A stretch of 64,000 bases of DNA from an uncultured delta proteobacterium (GCA_963834535.1 CAWICC010000005.1:263743-327742), one strand, 5' to 3'. Shown: positions 46,968-56,763, numbered from the stretch's first letter. Notes: generated by a model not told the origin, from the sequence alone. Numbers and translations are program-made.

Positions 46968-49900
46968 ATGGATAGATTTGTATCTGCTCGTTCTTCAGGC
47001 CTCATATCCGCCACAATTTTCGTTCTCACGGCGGCTACGGCGTGCATCGTCCTTGTCGGTGACCGCGGTCGCGAACCTATCTCTCAGGCGCCTGCGTCGT
47101 TAACGACTCAGCGCAGCCAGGTGCTCAACACCTTCGCGCAAATGCCGCTCAGCTTCGAGCCGAACCAGGGCCAGACCGATGGCCGGGTAAAGTTCCTCTC
47201 GCGACGATCCAACTTCACCATCTATCTGACCAGCGACGGTGCGACACTATCCATGCGAAGCACCAGGCCGGGATTGGGCAGCGTCGGCAGCAGTCTCAAT
47301 CTCCGCCAGGCACTCCGACAGGTCGGCAGCGAAAGGAGCGCGCCTTCCGAAGACGTCAGCTTCAAGTTCAAGGGTGCGAATCCGGCACCCAGGATTAGGA
47401 GCGCTGGGAAGCTGCAAACCGTTACCAACTATCTCATTGGTAATGACCCTGCCAACTGGCATAGCTCGATTCCGAACTATACGCGCGTCAAGTATGAATC
47501 AATTTACCCGGGCGTTGACGTCATATTTTATGGAAATTACGGACGCCTCGAGTATGACATTGACGTTGCGCCAGGCGTCGATCCGCATGTTATCCAAATG
47601 GAATTCGACGATGCCCAGGGCGTCAGGCTCGATCACGCCGGAAATCTTCTGCTGCACGCGGGCAACAAAGACATCGCTCTGGGGCGACCCATCGCTTATC
47701 AGGAGGTGGACGGCGCCCGCCGCCCGGTGAGCGCAAACTATGTCATCAAAGGAACCTCTCAGGTAGCAATCGCAGTAGGCGCTTACAATCGCAGCATACC
47801 GCTCATAATCGATCCTGTAATTATGTATTCGACCTATCTGGGCGGAACCATGGCTGAGGCCCAGGCGGTTGCGGTCGATGCCGCCGGCGAGGCTTTTATC
47901 TCCGGATGGACGTGTTGCGCGAATGACTTTCCGACGACCGGAGCCTATCAAGGTAGTCTCAGCGGAATTCACAATGCGTTCGTTGCCAAGTTCAGCGCCG
48001 ATGGCAAGAGCCTCCTTTATTCGACCTACCTGGGCGGCAGCGGCACAGATATCTCCACTGGCGTGGGAGTTGACTCCAAGGGCGATGCGTACGTTACCGG
48101 ATTGACCAACTCCACTGACTTTCCAACTATGCCGTCGCACCATACTGCGCTGGCCGGCGGCTTCGATGCGTTCGTCACGGAGCTCAATCCGAGCGGAAAT
48201 GCATTGCTATATTCGCGCTACTTCGGCGGTTCGCAAGACGATGTTGCCTCCGGAATCGCAGTCGATACAAATGGCCTCGCGTATGTGGCGGGGCAGACTT
48301 TCTCGGTTGATTTTCCAACTACCCCGTCGGCGTATCAGCCAACCAATCCGAGCGGTGGTTCAGTCAGTGAAGGGTTCTTAGCCAGGATCGATCCTCCTGC
48401 CAGTCCCGGCAACGATCCCAATGTCTATTACGCCACCTATTTCGGCGGACCGGCTCCTAACGGTAACGTGGTGCTGACCGGCGCCGCTAATGGTGGTCCT
48501 GCGGGAGACGTTTACGTCGTCGGAGGCGCCGGCGGTGGCGTCCCGGTCACAACAGGGCTGGGCTTTGGCGGAACCTTTGACGCCGTAGTTGCCAATTTCG
48601 ATACGAACCAGAATGGATCGTCGTCGGTGATTTCTTCTGAATTCGTCGGTGGCAGCGGCTTCGATTTCGGTACAGCGATAGCTACACAGTCCGCTTGTAC
48701 GGTTAACTGTCCCGCCTTCATTACCGGCTACACCTTCTCTGCCGACCTTAACCTGATTGGAGCTCGATCATTGTTCGGAGGTCTCGATGACGCATTCATA
48801 GCCGAGCTCGATTCGCATGGCGGGCTGAGCTACTTGAATTACGTAGGCGGGTCCAGCTTCGACGAAGGCACGGGATCGGGCGTTGATTCGAAGGGCGATC
48901 AGATAATCGCCGGAGTCTCCTTTCGATCGGCGGATCTAAAGGGACCCATAACTGAGACACTGCAGCCGCAACCCAGCAGCTATGGAGCACTCTTCACCAG
49001 TAATGATGACGGCGCCAGTTTCGCGCCCGCCAACTGGCCCAGCGCCCAGGCCGGTTCGATCAGTTTCGGCGGCATCGCTATCGATAAGTCAGTAACTCCG
49101 TCAATCATTTACGTAGGGACCAATCAGAACGGACTCTGGGAGAGCGTCGACGGCGGACTGACTTTCTACCAGGTCGCGTTCGCGGGAACTCAAGTCTCGG
49201 CCGTTGGAGTCCAGACCGGTATCGGTACCGGACCCAAGCTGCTGTTCCTGACAACTCCCGCGGGGATTTTCGTCAGTGCGGATGCCGGAGGTTCTTTCAT
49301 ACCGCGCGGATCGATTCCTATCGCTGGGCCGGCGAACGTCTATTTCCTCGGATCCGAAGAACCGGTTCCAGGTAGTAACAACACGGACTTCTTCGTCTTC
49401 GCCGGTACCGATCATGGACTATTTGTCAGTACCGACGATGGTAACAGCTTTACCGCGGCTACCGGGTTAGCGACCGGCAACCAGAGAACACAGGTCTTTT
49501 CGGGCGTGCGTGACACCACTTCAGGCACATACTATGTCGGCACCGACAAAGGAGTATTCCAGAGCACCAACAATGGTACTTCGTTCACTCCAACGAGTCT
49601 GAATTCCAGCGCGGTGCTCTCGATGGCCGCGGATACCTCTACGACTCCGTCAACCGTGTACGCTGCAACCTATGGCGGCGGAGTAGTCGCGAGCACAGAC
49701 GGATTCAATAGCAATCTTACCGTCGGCGAGACTGCCCCCTCTTCAAATTTGAACTACGTTGCGGTTGACGACGCGACTTCGAATCCGGCGACGGTTTACG
49801 TGGGATCGGGCGATAATCTTTCGGTTGGGACCGCGTGGAGTAGTACAGATGCCGGCCATACTTACACGCAACTCGATCCGGCCAATTTCGATCAACCCTG

Positions 49901-50582
49901 CTGCATCTTCCCGCTCGCCGTTAACGCCGGCGAAATCTTCGCCGGTAACTATCTCGAAGCCGATGCGTTCGTCGCCAAAATGACGCCGGCCGGCTCCTTT
50001 ATTTCAGGTATGGGTGCTCTCGGTGGCTCCAATCACGATCGCCCGGTCGGTCTCGCCATCGATTCTTCCGACAATGCTTACGCAGCCGGCCTCACCTATT
50101 CTTCTGACTTCCCGATGGTAAATCCCGAGCAGGCAAAGCTAGGTGGTGGCAGTGGGGTGGTCAACGCCTTTTTAACCAAGATCGGCTACTCTAGCCCAGC
50201 GAAACTCACGATTACGCCACAGATCGATTTCGGCACGCAGATACTAAGGACTCCGAGCAAACCGAAAACCGCTATAGTCACAAACAAGAGCAAGACCGAA
50301 ACTGTGTCTCTCGGATACATTCGAGTTTCGGGTAGTCAGGTAAACGATTTTCAAATTATTAGTGGCGCTACTCCTCTTACGGCAACGAAATCCAAGATTC
50401 CACCCTGCGGGATATCGCTGGCGCCGAAAAGTAAATGTTCTGTGACAATAGTATTTACTCCCTTGGCATTGGGTCCCGTGTCGATCGCGCTCCTGGTGCC
50501 GAACAATGGAGCGATTAATCCCAAAATCGGCACCAGTACTCTGCCAACTCTTTTAGTCGGCAACTCCAAGCGCTTACACTAA
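46968..50582 (+). CDS. Giant surface protein: N-anchor, SBBP beta-propeller repeats, Asp-box (BNR) propeller and choice-of-anchor-D-like C-terminal domain
   Basis: GGAGAG lies 6 nt before the ATG, 44 nt after the FapF-like stop. Domain evidence:
- N-domain 'PLSFEPNQGQTDGRVKFLSR'.
- SBBP units such as 'DAFVAKFSADGKSLLYSTYLGGSGTDISTGVGVDSKGDAYVTGLTNSTDFPT'.
- Asp-boxes 'SNDDGASF', 'SVDGGLTF', 'SADAGGSF', 'STDDGNSF', 'STNNGTSF' and 'STDAGHTY' (about 48999-49866).
- C-terminal '...IDFGTQILRTPSKPKTAIVTNKS...CSVTIVFTP'. Confidence 0.8.
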   Translation: MDRFVSARSSGLISATIFVLTAATACIVLVGDRGREPISQAPASLTTQRSQVLNTFAQMPLSFEPNQGQTDGRVKFLSRRSNFTIYLTSDGATLSMRSTRPGLGSVGSSLNLRQALRQVGSERSAPSEDVSFKFKGANPAPRIRSAGKLQTVTNYLIGNDPANWHSSIPNYTRVKYESIYPGVDVIFYGNYGRLEYDIDVAPGVDPHVIQMEFDDAQGVRLDHAGNLLLHAGNKDIALGRPIAYQEVDGARRPVSANYVIKGTSQVAIAVGAYNRSIPLIIDPVIMYSTYLGGTMAEAQAVAVDAAGEAFISGWTCCANDFPTTGAYQGSLSGIHNAFVAKFSADGKSLLYSTYLGGSGTDISTGVGVDSKGDAYVTGLTNSTDFPTMPSHHTALAGGFDAFVTELNPSGNALLYSRYFGGSQDDVASGIAVDTNGLAYVAGQTFSVDFPTTPSAYQPTNPSGGSVSEGFLARIDPPASPGNDPNVYYATYFGGPAPNGNVVLTGAANGGPAGDVYVVGGAGGGVPVTTGLGFGGTFDAVVANFDTNQNGSSSVISSEFVGGSGFDFGTAIATQSACTVNCPAFITGYTFSADLNLIGARSLFGGLDDAFIAELDSHGGLSYLNYVGGSSFDEGTGSGVDSKGDQIIAGVSFRSADLKGPITETLQPQPSSYGALFTSNDDGASFAPANWPSAQAGSISFGGIAIDKSVTPSIIYVGTNQNGLWESVDGGLTFYQVAFAGTQVSAVGVQTGIGTGPKLLFLTTPAGIFVSADAGGSFIPRGSIPIAGPANVYFLGSEEPVPGSNNTDFFVFAGTDHGLFVSTDDGNSFTAATGLATGNQRTQVFSGVRDTTSGTYYVGTDKGVFQSTNNGTSFTPTSLNSSAVLSMAADTSTTPSTVYAATYGGGVVASTDGFNSNLTVGETAPSSNLNYVAVDDATSNPATVYVGSGDNLSVGTAWSSTDAGHTYTQLDPANFDQPCCIFPLAVNAGEIFAGNYLEADAFVAKMTPAGSFISGMGALGGSNHDRPVGLAIDSSDNAYAAGLTYSSDFPMVNPEQAKLGGGSGVVNAFLTKIGYSSPAKLTITPQIDFGTQILRTPSKPKTAIVTNKSKTETVSLGYIRVSGSQVNDFQIISGATPLTATKSKIPPCGISLAPKSKCSVTIVFTPLALGPVSIALLVPNNGAINPKIGTSTLPTLLVGNSKRLH

Positions 50583-50843
50583 AGCCCTCAAGCGCTAATC
50601 AATCTCCGTTCCGCGCGGAAGCTTCTCGAAGGCGAACGAAGCTAACGAGGCCTTACAGGGTCTAATCGCTCATCAGCCTGGTGGCGGCTCAAAGCGCTGC
50701 GGGCATCCCTTTTTCGCCGGCCATGAATCGCTCGAGTGCGCGCTCGACAGCTACGTCTTTCCCGCGGTCTTATGCCGGATCCTACATCGAAGAAGTGCGC
50801 TCTATTGATGTGAAACTGGCGGCAATGCGCGGCGCAAAAGGAA

Positions 50844-50872
50844 AGGCCGGTCGTCACAGAGACGACCGGCCT
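50844..50872 (-). terminator. Rho-independent terminator of the minus-strand beta-helix gene
   Basis: AGGCCGGTCGTC-acaga-GACGACCGGCCT is a 12-bp perfect stem. On the minus strand it is followed by TTTCCTTTTGCGCC. Confidence 0.7.
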
Positions 50873-50915
50873 TGTTCGATCCGATCAGAGGCGCGTTATA
50901 TCGCCAGCTGAATTT

Positions 50916-51980
50916 TTAGTCCTGATCAACGTCGGTGCTAGGATCGAAGCACCCTGGATAGACATCGGTGTTCAAGTAGTTCGGCATCGCGATCGTCATT
51001 GGAATGTGATTCACGTGAAAGCCGGCGCCTGCCGTGACTTGAAAATCGCAGACAACAGCTCCATTAACGGTGTTATTCGGCCCAAAGCTGCAACCATACT
51101 CACCGTGAACCTCACCATTGATCGTCACACCACTACCAGTAATCACCTTCGACTTGGACTTGCTGGTGGCGCCAGGGTCAAAGCTGAAGCCCGGCGGGGT
51201 GGTGGCGGTGATGAGAACGCTGTCGGCCGTTAGGCCTCCCGCCAGAACGATCTTCGAATTCGGCCCAAGGTTTATCGCGCCAGGCGTCTCCAGTATCACC
51301 TGGTCGGACGACGAACCTTTGAGCGTCAGCGTACCCAGCGAACCAACAGTGATATTAGGAGCGACGAAGACATTAAGCCCCGAAGTGGTAGTACTGAGAG
51401 TTAATTTCCCGGCCGGTGGGATATTTATCACCGTGCTTGTCGGCGGTTGGCAAAGCACGTCGCCATCAACGCATTCTTCCTGGTTGACTGCGATGCCGAT
51501 TTCGCCCGGAGGGTTAGTCGTTACATATGAGTTCGTGCCCGAGGTGTCGGAGCCACCGGCGCACTCGCCGGCCGGTGAGATTTTTCCACCGTCAGTCGCG
51601 CACAATCCATGAACTTCGGTCCTCGCCCCTAACTGAATAGTGGCCGTTGGAGGAGCCTGATCGAACGTGCTGGCCGCAACGTCTCCGCTGATTGCAGAAA
51701 GAGCGCCTAACGCGATGTCTGAGTAGGCCCCTCCAATCGTGCCGGCCGAACCGGTCACTGAGGTTTTGCTTCCGAGGCTTAGCGTGTTCGGCCTGAGATT
51801 TGGCAATGGACCGTCCAGAAGGATTGCGAAGTCTGCGCCCTCGCCGATCGTGATAGGAGGCCCGACTGGGGTCGAAGAGCACAACGGGGTCAATTGAGCC
51901 GCCGCCGTAGTCGCCCAAAATAGACCCACCCCCAATGGTATGGCTAATGCCAAGGACATCTTATTCGTGTGCTTATGCAT
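50916..51980 (-). CDS. Secreted Cys-containing protein, probably beta-helical (tentative DUF3494/ice-binding-like resemblance)
   Basis: AGGAGGAG lies before ATG 51980 and the signal peptide ends in '...LFWATTAAA-QL'. 'GEGADFAILL' is followed by Gly/Thr/Ser-rich short-strand repeats. The family call is weak. Confidence 0.55.
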   Translation of the reverse strand: MHKHTNKMSLALAIPLGVGLFWATTAAAQLTPLCSSTPVGPPITIGEGADFAILLDGPLPNLRPNTLSLGSKTSVTGSAGTIGGAYSDIALGALSAISGDVAASTFDQAPPTATIQLGARTEVHGLCATDGGKISPAGECAGGSDTSGTNSYVTTNPPGEIGIAVNQEECVDGDVLCQPPTSTVINIPPAGKLTLSTTTSGLNVFVAPNITVGSLGTLTLKGSSSDQVILETPGAINLGPNSKIVLAGGLTADSVLITATTPPGFSFDPGATSKSKSKVITGSGVTINGEVHGEYGCSFGPNNTVNGAVVCDFQVTAGAGFHVNHIPMTIAMPNYLNTDVYPGCFDPSTDVDQD

Positions 51981-52555
51981 TTCTCCTCCTATCAATGCAT
52001 CACAATAGTTTAGATATAGTTCTGCCGCACACGCAATATAGCTGGAACACGCGCCAAGTCAAGTCAAACGATTCATGCGCTGGTCAGCCGCTACGACTCC
52101 AGATAGGCTCATTTGAGGCGACTTGCGCAGCCTCATTCGGTTGGATTTCCACTTCGGCCTTTTAGAGCGAAATGCAAGAAAATCGGCCTCAAATCCTTCA
52201 ATTTCCGAGAGCGACATCCCTCTTCGGGTGGCGCGCAATGCTGGTGAAAGCTTCTCTCAAAAACAGGCACGTTATCATATTGGAATAGAACGTTGTCTCT
52301 CAATGTTGCCTGGTCCGCCACGGGCCCAGCCCAATCATCGATCCCGCGACCATCCAATCCCAAGCGGCGCGTATCGAAACTCCGAATCTCCCGTCGATCA
52401 TGCCAACAAAGGTCAATGTAGACGAGATCCAGGGCGATGCTTTGCGTCCTCAGCGAGCGCATGTATTCCTTTGATCATCCAACTGAAGGGTTTCACGCAC
52501 GCGGCGTTTTTCTGCGTCGCGCGGGAGTGCAATAAATGACGATGGGAATAACAGC

Positions 52556-53863
52556 TTGAGCGCTTGGCGACGCGCTCTCGCCGTTTACGCGGACCGCCGC
52601 GTACTGATGATCCTCCCGCTTGGGTTTGCCAGCGGCCTGCCACTGCTGCTGACCGCCTCGACGCTGTCAGCGTGGCTTGCGACTACCGGCGTCAGTCGCG
52701 CTGCGATTGGCGCCTTCGCCTTAATCGGAACTCCCTACGCACTCAAATTTATCTGGGCCCCCATAATCGATCGACTGCCGCCGCCGCTGCGTTTTGGCCG
52801 CCGCCGCGGCTGGGGTCTTGCGATTCAGCTCGCTCTCATTGCAGCAACGCTCGCAATGGGCTCATGCGATCCGCGCCACCACCTCGCGTTGATGGGTGCG
52901 CTGGCGCTGCTCGTCGCGTTTCTCTCCGCCAGTCAGGATATCGTCATCGACGCTTACCGCGTTGAGCTGCTGGATCCAGATCAGCAAGGGCCAGGCGCCG
53001 CGATGATTCAGACCGGCTACCGGATCGCGATGCTGGCCTCCGGCGCCGGCGCCCTCATCATCGCGGATCGCGCCGGATGGTTCGCCGCTTACGCGACCAT
53101 CGCGGCGCTACTGGCAGTTGGTATGCTCGTATTCCTGATCGGCCCGGAGCCCAAAACTGCGGCCGAGGTGATGCGCGGGATTCGATCCGGCGAAGGTCAG
53201 GGCGTGCGGCATTGGCTGGCGACGGCGGTGGTCGCGCCGTTCGCCGACTTCATGGAGAGGCCCCTGTGGCTCGCGATTCTGGTCTTCGTCGTCGGCTATA
53301 AGCTCGGCGAGGCGATGGCGGGCGTGATGGCGATGCCGCTCTACGTCTCGCTCGGCTACTCCCTTCGCGAGATCGCGGCGATCTCTAAAGTGTTTGGATT
53401 TTTTGCGACCATTATCGGTGCCTTTATTGGCGGATCGATGACCGTGCGCTTTGGTGTGATGCGGGCGCTGATAATCTGCGGCCTGCTCCAATCCGCGGGC
53501 AACCTGTTCTATGTACTGCAGGCTGGCGCGGGCCATCGGCTCGACTATCTCGCGCTCTGCGTCGCCGCCGAAAACCTCACGAGTGCGATGGCGGGCGCGG
53601 CCCTGGTAGCCTATCTCTCCGACCTGTGCTCGCCTGCCTTTACTGCCACCCAGTACGCTTTGCTCTCGTCCCTCGCCGCGGTCGGCCGCACCCTGGTCGC
53701 ATCGATCGGCGGAGTGATGGCGACGCGCTACGGATGGGTGGATTTCTTTCTCGTCAGTACGGTCGTTACGCTGCCCGCGTTGCTGTTGCTCATTTGGATT
53801 ATGTGGCGCAGTCCGGACCTGTCCAACCGCCGGCCGCCCGCGAGTGCATTAGCGAACCGATAA
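52556..53863 (+). CDS. ampG: AmpG-family muropeptide MFS permease
   Basis: 'ILPLGFASGLPLLLTASTLSAWL...LIGTPYALKFIWAPIIDR' is colinear with the E. coli AmpG N-terminus. It has a TTG start and is polytopic. Confidence 0.8.
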   Translation: MSAWRRALAVYADRRVLMILPLGFASGLPLLLTASTLSAWLATTGVSRAAIGAFALIGTPYALKFIWAPIIDRLPPPLRFGRRRGWGLAIQLALIAATLAMGSCDPRHHLALMGALALLVAFLSASQDIVIDAYRVELLDPDQQGPGAAMIQTGYRIAMLASGAGALIIADRAGWFAAYATIAALLAVGMLVFLIGPEPKTAAEVMRGIRSGEGQGVRHWLATAVVAPFADFMERPLWLAILVFVVGYKLGEAMAGVMAMPLYVSLGYSLREIAAISKVFGFFATIIGAFIGGSMTVRFGVMRALIICGLLQSAGNLFYVLQAGAGHRLDYLALCVAAENLTSAMAGAALVAYLSDLCSPAFTATQYALLSSLAAVGRTLVASIGGVMATRYGWVDFFLVSTVVTLPALLLLIWIMWRSPDLSNRRPPASALANR

Positions 53864-53978
53864 GCGTTGTTAGCACCATCTCCTGGGGCCTGGGGTCGTC
53901 AGTTAATTGCATGACCTGTTTTCGTGCGGATGTGCTATTTCTCCACCTTCAAAACTTGCCGCTGGAGGAAATGCCGCC

Positions 53979-54434
53979 ATGATCAAGTCAGTCTTTCACG
54001 TCAACATAAATGTGACGGATTTCGATCGCTCGCTCGCATTCTACAAAATGGTTGGATTCAAGGTGGTGCTCGATATCGGCGAGGGTCCCAATGAAGGTAA
54101 TGACGTTGGCTTGAACATTCCTAATAGCGTTGCGCGCGCCGCTCTGTTGTCTTTGAGCGACGATCCGCGCGCGACCCGCATCGATCTGATCGAGTGGAAG
54201 AAACCCCGCACCGAGGGCCACGCTCATCCGCACCTGTACCACACCGGAATCGCCCGCATCGCACTGTTCACCAAGAACATCGACGAGGAATATCAACGGC
54301 TGAAAGCGGCCGGCGTCGCGATGGTTTCAGAGCCGGTGGTAATCAAGTTCCGCAACAAGGCGGGCGCAAAGTTCTTCTGCTTCAAGGATCCGGACGGCAC
54401 CTTTCTCGAATTGATCGAGCCGTTCAACGGCTAG
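53979..54434 (+). CDS. VOC-family (glyoxalase/dioxygenase-fold) protein
   Basis: 'HVNINVTDFDRSLAFYKMVGF' and '...FKDPDGTFLELIE'. Confidence 0.75.
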   Translation: MIKSVFHVNINVTDFDRSLAFYKMVGFKVVLDIGEGPNEGNDVGLNIPNSVARAALLSLSDDPRATRIDLIEWKKPRTEGHAHPHLYHTGIARIALFTKNIDEEYQRLKAAGVAMVSEPVVIKFRNKAGAKFFCFKDPDGTFLELIEPFNG

Positions 54435-54545
54435 CTCCTCCGCATCGCAGGTTTCGACGTATGGTCTGTAAGGGAAAACACTCATAAAGGCGCAAAACGA
54501 AATAGGGGCGAGATCGTAAGTCGCGCCGTAATCGAGGGTAAATCG

Positions 54546-55772
54546 ATGGCCTCAGATAACCCGAAGCATGTGCTCGACGGGTATAAGGTGCTGGACTTCA
54601 GCCAGGTGGTCGCGGGACCGACTGCCACCCTGATGATGGCGGAAATGGGCGCCGAGGTGATCAAGGTGGAACTCACACCGGCGGGCGATCCCAGCCGCCT
54701 CGGACCTTTCAAGGTGGGTGAGCGCAGCGGTTACTTCGTGCAGCATAACCGCGGAAAGAAAGACCTGTGCATCGACGCTAAACATCCCGAGGGACTCGCG
54801 ATTCTGAAGGATCTGGTCGCCAGGGTTGACGTCCTCCTGCAGAACTTTGCGCCGGGTGTGATTCAACGGCTCGGACTCGATTATGCAACGGTCAGCGCCA
54901 TCAATCCAAAAATTGTCATGTGCTCGATGTCCGCCTTCGGCCAATCCGGTCCGCTGGCACAGGAGCCCGGGTTCGATTATCTCGGCGCAGCTTACGCCGG
55001 AGTGACGTCCATGGGCGGCGAACCAGGCGGCGCGCCGTACTTCCCGATGATTGCGTTCGGCGACGTCAGCACCGGCGTGCATGCGATGGGCGCGATCTGC
55101 GCGGCCCTCCTGTATCGCGAACGCACCGGGCGCGGTCAGCATCTCGATATATCCCTGCTCGATAGCTACTTCCACTACCACGAGGCAGGTGTCGAGGCGC
55201 TCAGCCTGAGTAAGGGCGCATTCAAACCGACCCGGTCGGGACGCCATTCCTGGTATGCGGTCCCGTGCGGCGTGTTCAAGGGCAAGGAACGCTACATACT
55301 AATCATTGCTCCGCTCGAACAGCATTGGATAAAGCTCTGTGCTGCCATGGGACAGCCGGGCCTTGCGCGGGATCCGCGATTCACCGATAACGCCGCGCGC
55401 TTGAAGAATCTCACGGATTTGGTCGCCTTGATCGAACAATGGATACAATCGATGCCGAGCGACGACGCGGCAGTCGACGCGATGAAAGAACATCGCGTGC
55501 CGATGGCGCCGATACTATCGGTCGAGGAAGCCGTACGCCATCCTCACCTGCGCCAGCGTGGCACTGTGCGCACCATTCACGATCGTATCCTGGGCGATTT
55601 CGACGTGCCCGGATTCGCCTTGCGCTTTTCCGATTTTCCCGATCGGCTCGAACTCGACGCGCCGCTGCTGGGCGAGCACAATGAGGAGATACTCACCAAA
55701 ATGCTTGGCTATACCCCCGCGCGCGTACGTGAGCTCGAGAGCCTCGGCGTCCTTGGCAGCGCGCCGTACTGA
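54546..55772 (+). CDS. Family III CoA-transferase (CaiB/BaiF type)
   Basis: 'LDGYKVLDFSQVVAGPTATLMMAEMGAEVIKVE'. It aligns end to end with the 18092-19315 product. Confidence 0.85.
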   Translation: MASDNPKHVLDGYKVLDFSQVVAGPTATLMMAEMGAEVIKVELTPAGDPSRLGPFKVGERSGYFVQHNRGKKDLCIDAKHPEGLAILKDLVARVDVLLQNFAPGVIQRLGLDYATVSAINPKIVMCSMSAFGQSGPLAQEPGFDYLGAAYAGVTSMGGEPGGAPYFPMIAFGDVSTGVHAMGAICAALLYRERTGRGQHLDISLLDSYFHYHEAGVEALSLSKGAFKPTRSGRHSWYAVPCGVFKGKERYILIIAPLEQHWIKLCAAMGQPGLARDPRFTDNAARLKNLTDLVALIEQWIQSMPSDDAAVDAMKEHRVPMAPILSVEEAVRHPHLRQRGTVRTIHDRILGDFDVPGFALRFSDFPDRLELDAPLLGEHNEEILTKMLGYTPARVRELESLGVLGSAPY

Positions 55773-55800
55773 CAAGCTCCGCAACCGAATCCGTTCTGCG

Positions 55801-56763
55801 CTAGAGGCCGATTTCCTCCAGGAACGGCTCGAGCGCCTCGAGCAGTGCGCGCGGATTGTCGCCCTGGATAGTGTGGCCCGCGTTCTCGACGCGCTGCCAG
55901 CGGCCGTTCGGCACCGAGGCCGAGAATTCCTCCGCGCTCTCGTCGGTGAGAACATCGCTGCGCGAGCCACGCAAAACCAGCGTAGGGCATACGATGCTCT
56001 GCGCATTTTCCATGATCATGGTCTTGCGCTCGTCGCGCTCGTTCTCGAAATCCTTCGGCATCCGGTTGGGGTCGTGCTTCCAGGCCCATCTGCCGCTCGG
56101 GAGCTGGCGCAGGTTGTGCAACAGGCTGCGTCGTAGGAGTTCGCGATTTCGCATCGGATTGAACTTCAGCGCGCGCTCGACGAAGTCTTCGACCGAATCC
56201 ATTTCGCGATCCATCCTGATGAAATCGCGAATCTTCAGCGAGCCCTTCATGCTGATTTCCGGCGCGATATCGACCAGCACGAGGCCCGCCATCGAGGCGG
56301 CGTGGCGAATCGCGTAGCCCATCGCGGCAAACCCACCCATCGAATGACCGACCAGCAGCGGACGCTCGAGCTTGAGCTTTTCGATGAACCCTTCGACGTC
56401 CGCCACCTGCGCGTCGAAGCGATAGTCGGCGGTCGGCTCCCATTCGCTGTCGCCATGACCGCGTTGATCCATGGCGAGGCAGTGATAGCGTTGGCGCAGC
56501 ATGAGGCAGACGAGGTCCCACGTATGCGCGTTCAGGCCTCCACCATGCAGAAATAGGATCGGATGCCGCCCCTTCGCGCCCCAATCCAAATAATGCAGCC
56601 GCATCCGGCCGACGACGAGATGATGTGATTCCGGCAACTCCACTGCGGGCAACTCGAGCCCCGCGTGCTTGGCCGAAAGCTTCAGGTGATCGATCTGTTC
56701 AGTGTTGCTCAGCACAATACGCGCTCCTGGTCTGTTCCTTTGGGATAACAGCCGTCCGAACAA
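55801..56763 (-). CDS. Alpha/beta-fold hydrolase
   Basis: 'ILFLHGGGLNAHTWD' and the nucleophile elbow 'GHSMGG'. The C-terminal His is in 'NAGHTIQGDNP'. Confidence 0.8.
   Translation of the reverse strand: MFGRLLSQRNRPGARIVLSNTEQIDHLKLSAKHAGLELPAVELPESHHLVVGRMRLHYLDWGAKGRHPILFLHGGGLNAHTWDLVCLMLRQRYHCLAMDQRGHGDSEWEPTADYRFDAQVADVEGFIEKLKLERPLLVGHSMGGFAAMGYAIRHAASMAGLVLVDIAPEISMKGSLKIRDFIRMDREMDSVEDFVERALKFNPMRNRELLRRSLLHNLRQLPSGRWAWKHDPNRMPKDFENERDERKTMIMENAQSIVCPTLVLRGSRSDVLTDESAEEFSASVPNGRWQRVENAGHTIQGDNPRALLEALEPFLEEIGL

Noticed and set aside
52133-52462. 109-aa ORF as a DNA-methyltransferase or mobile-element remnant
   Set aside because: Only a short 'DLVYIDL' resemblance without the DPPY/NPPY motif. 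The evidence is insufficient without a database search.
41585-52520. Shared 9-mer ACGCACGCG near both island edges (about 41592 and about 52497) as att-like direct repeats
   Set aside because: It is too short and too GC-rich to be distinguishable from chance in this genome, and no integrase is present.
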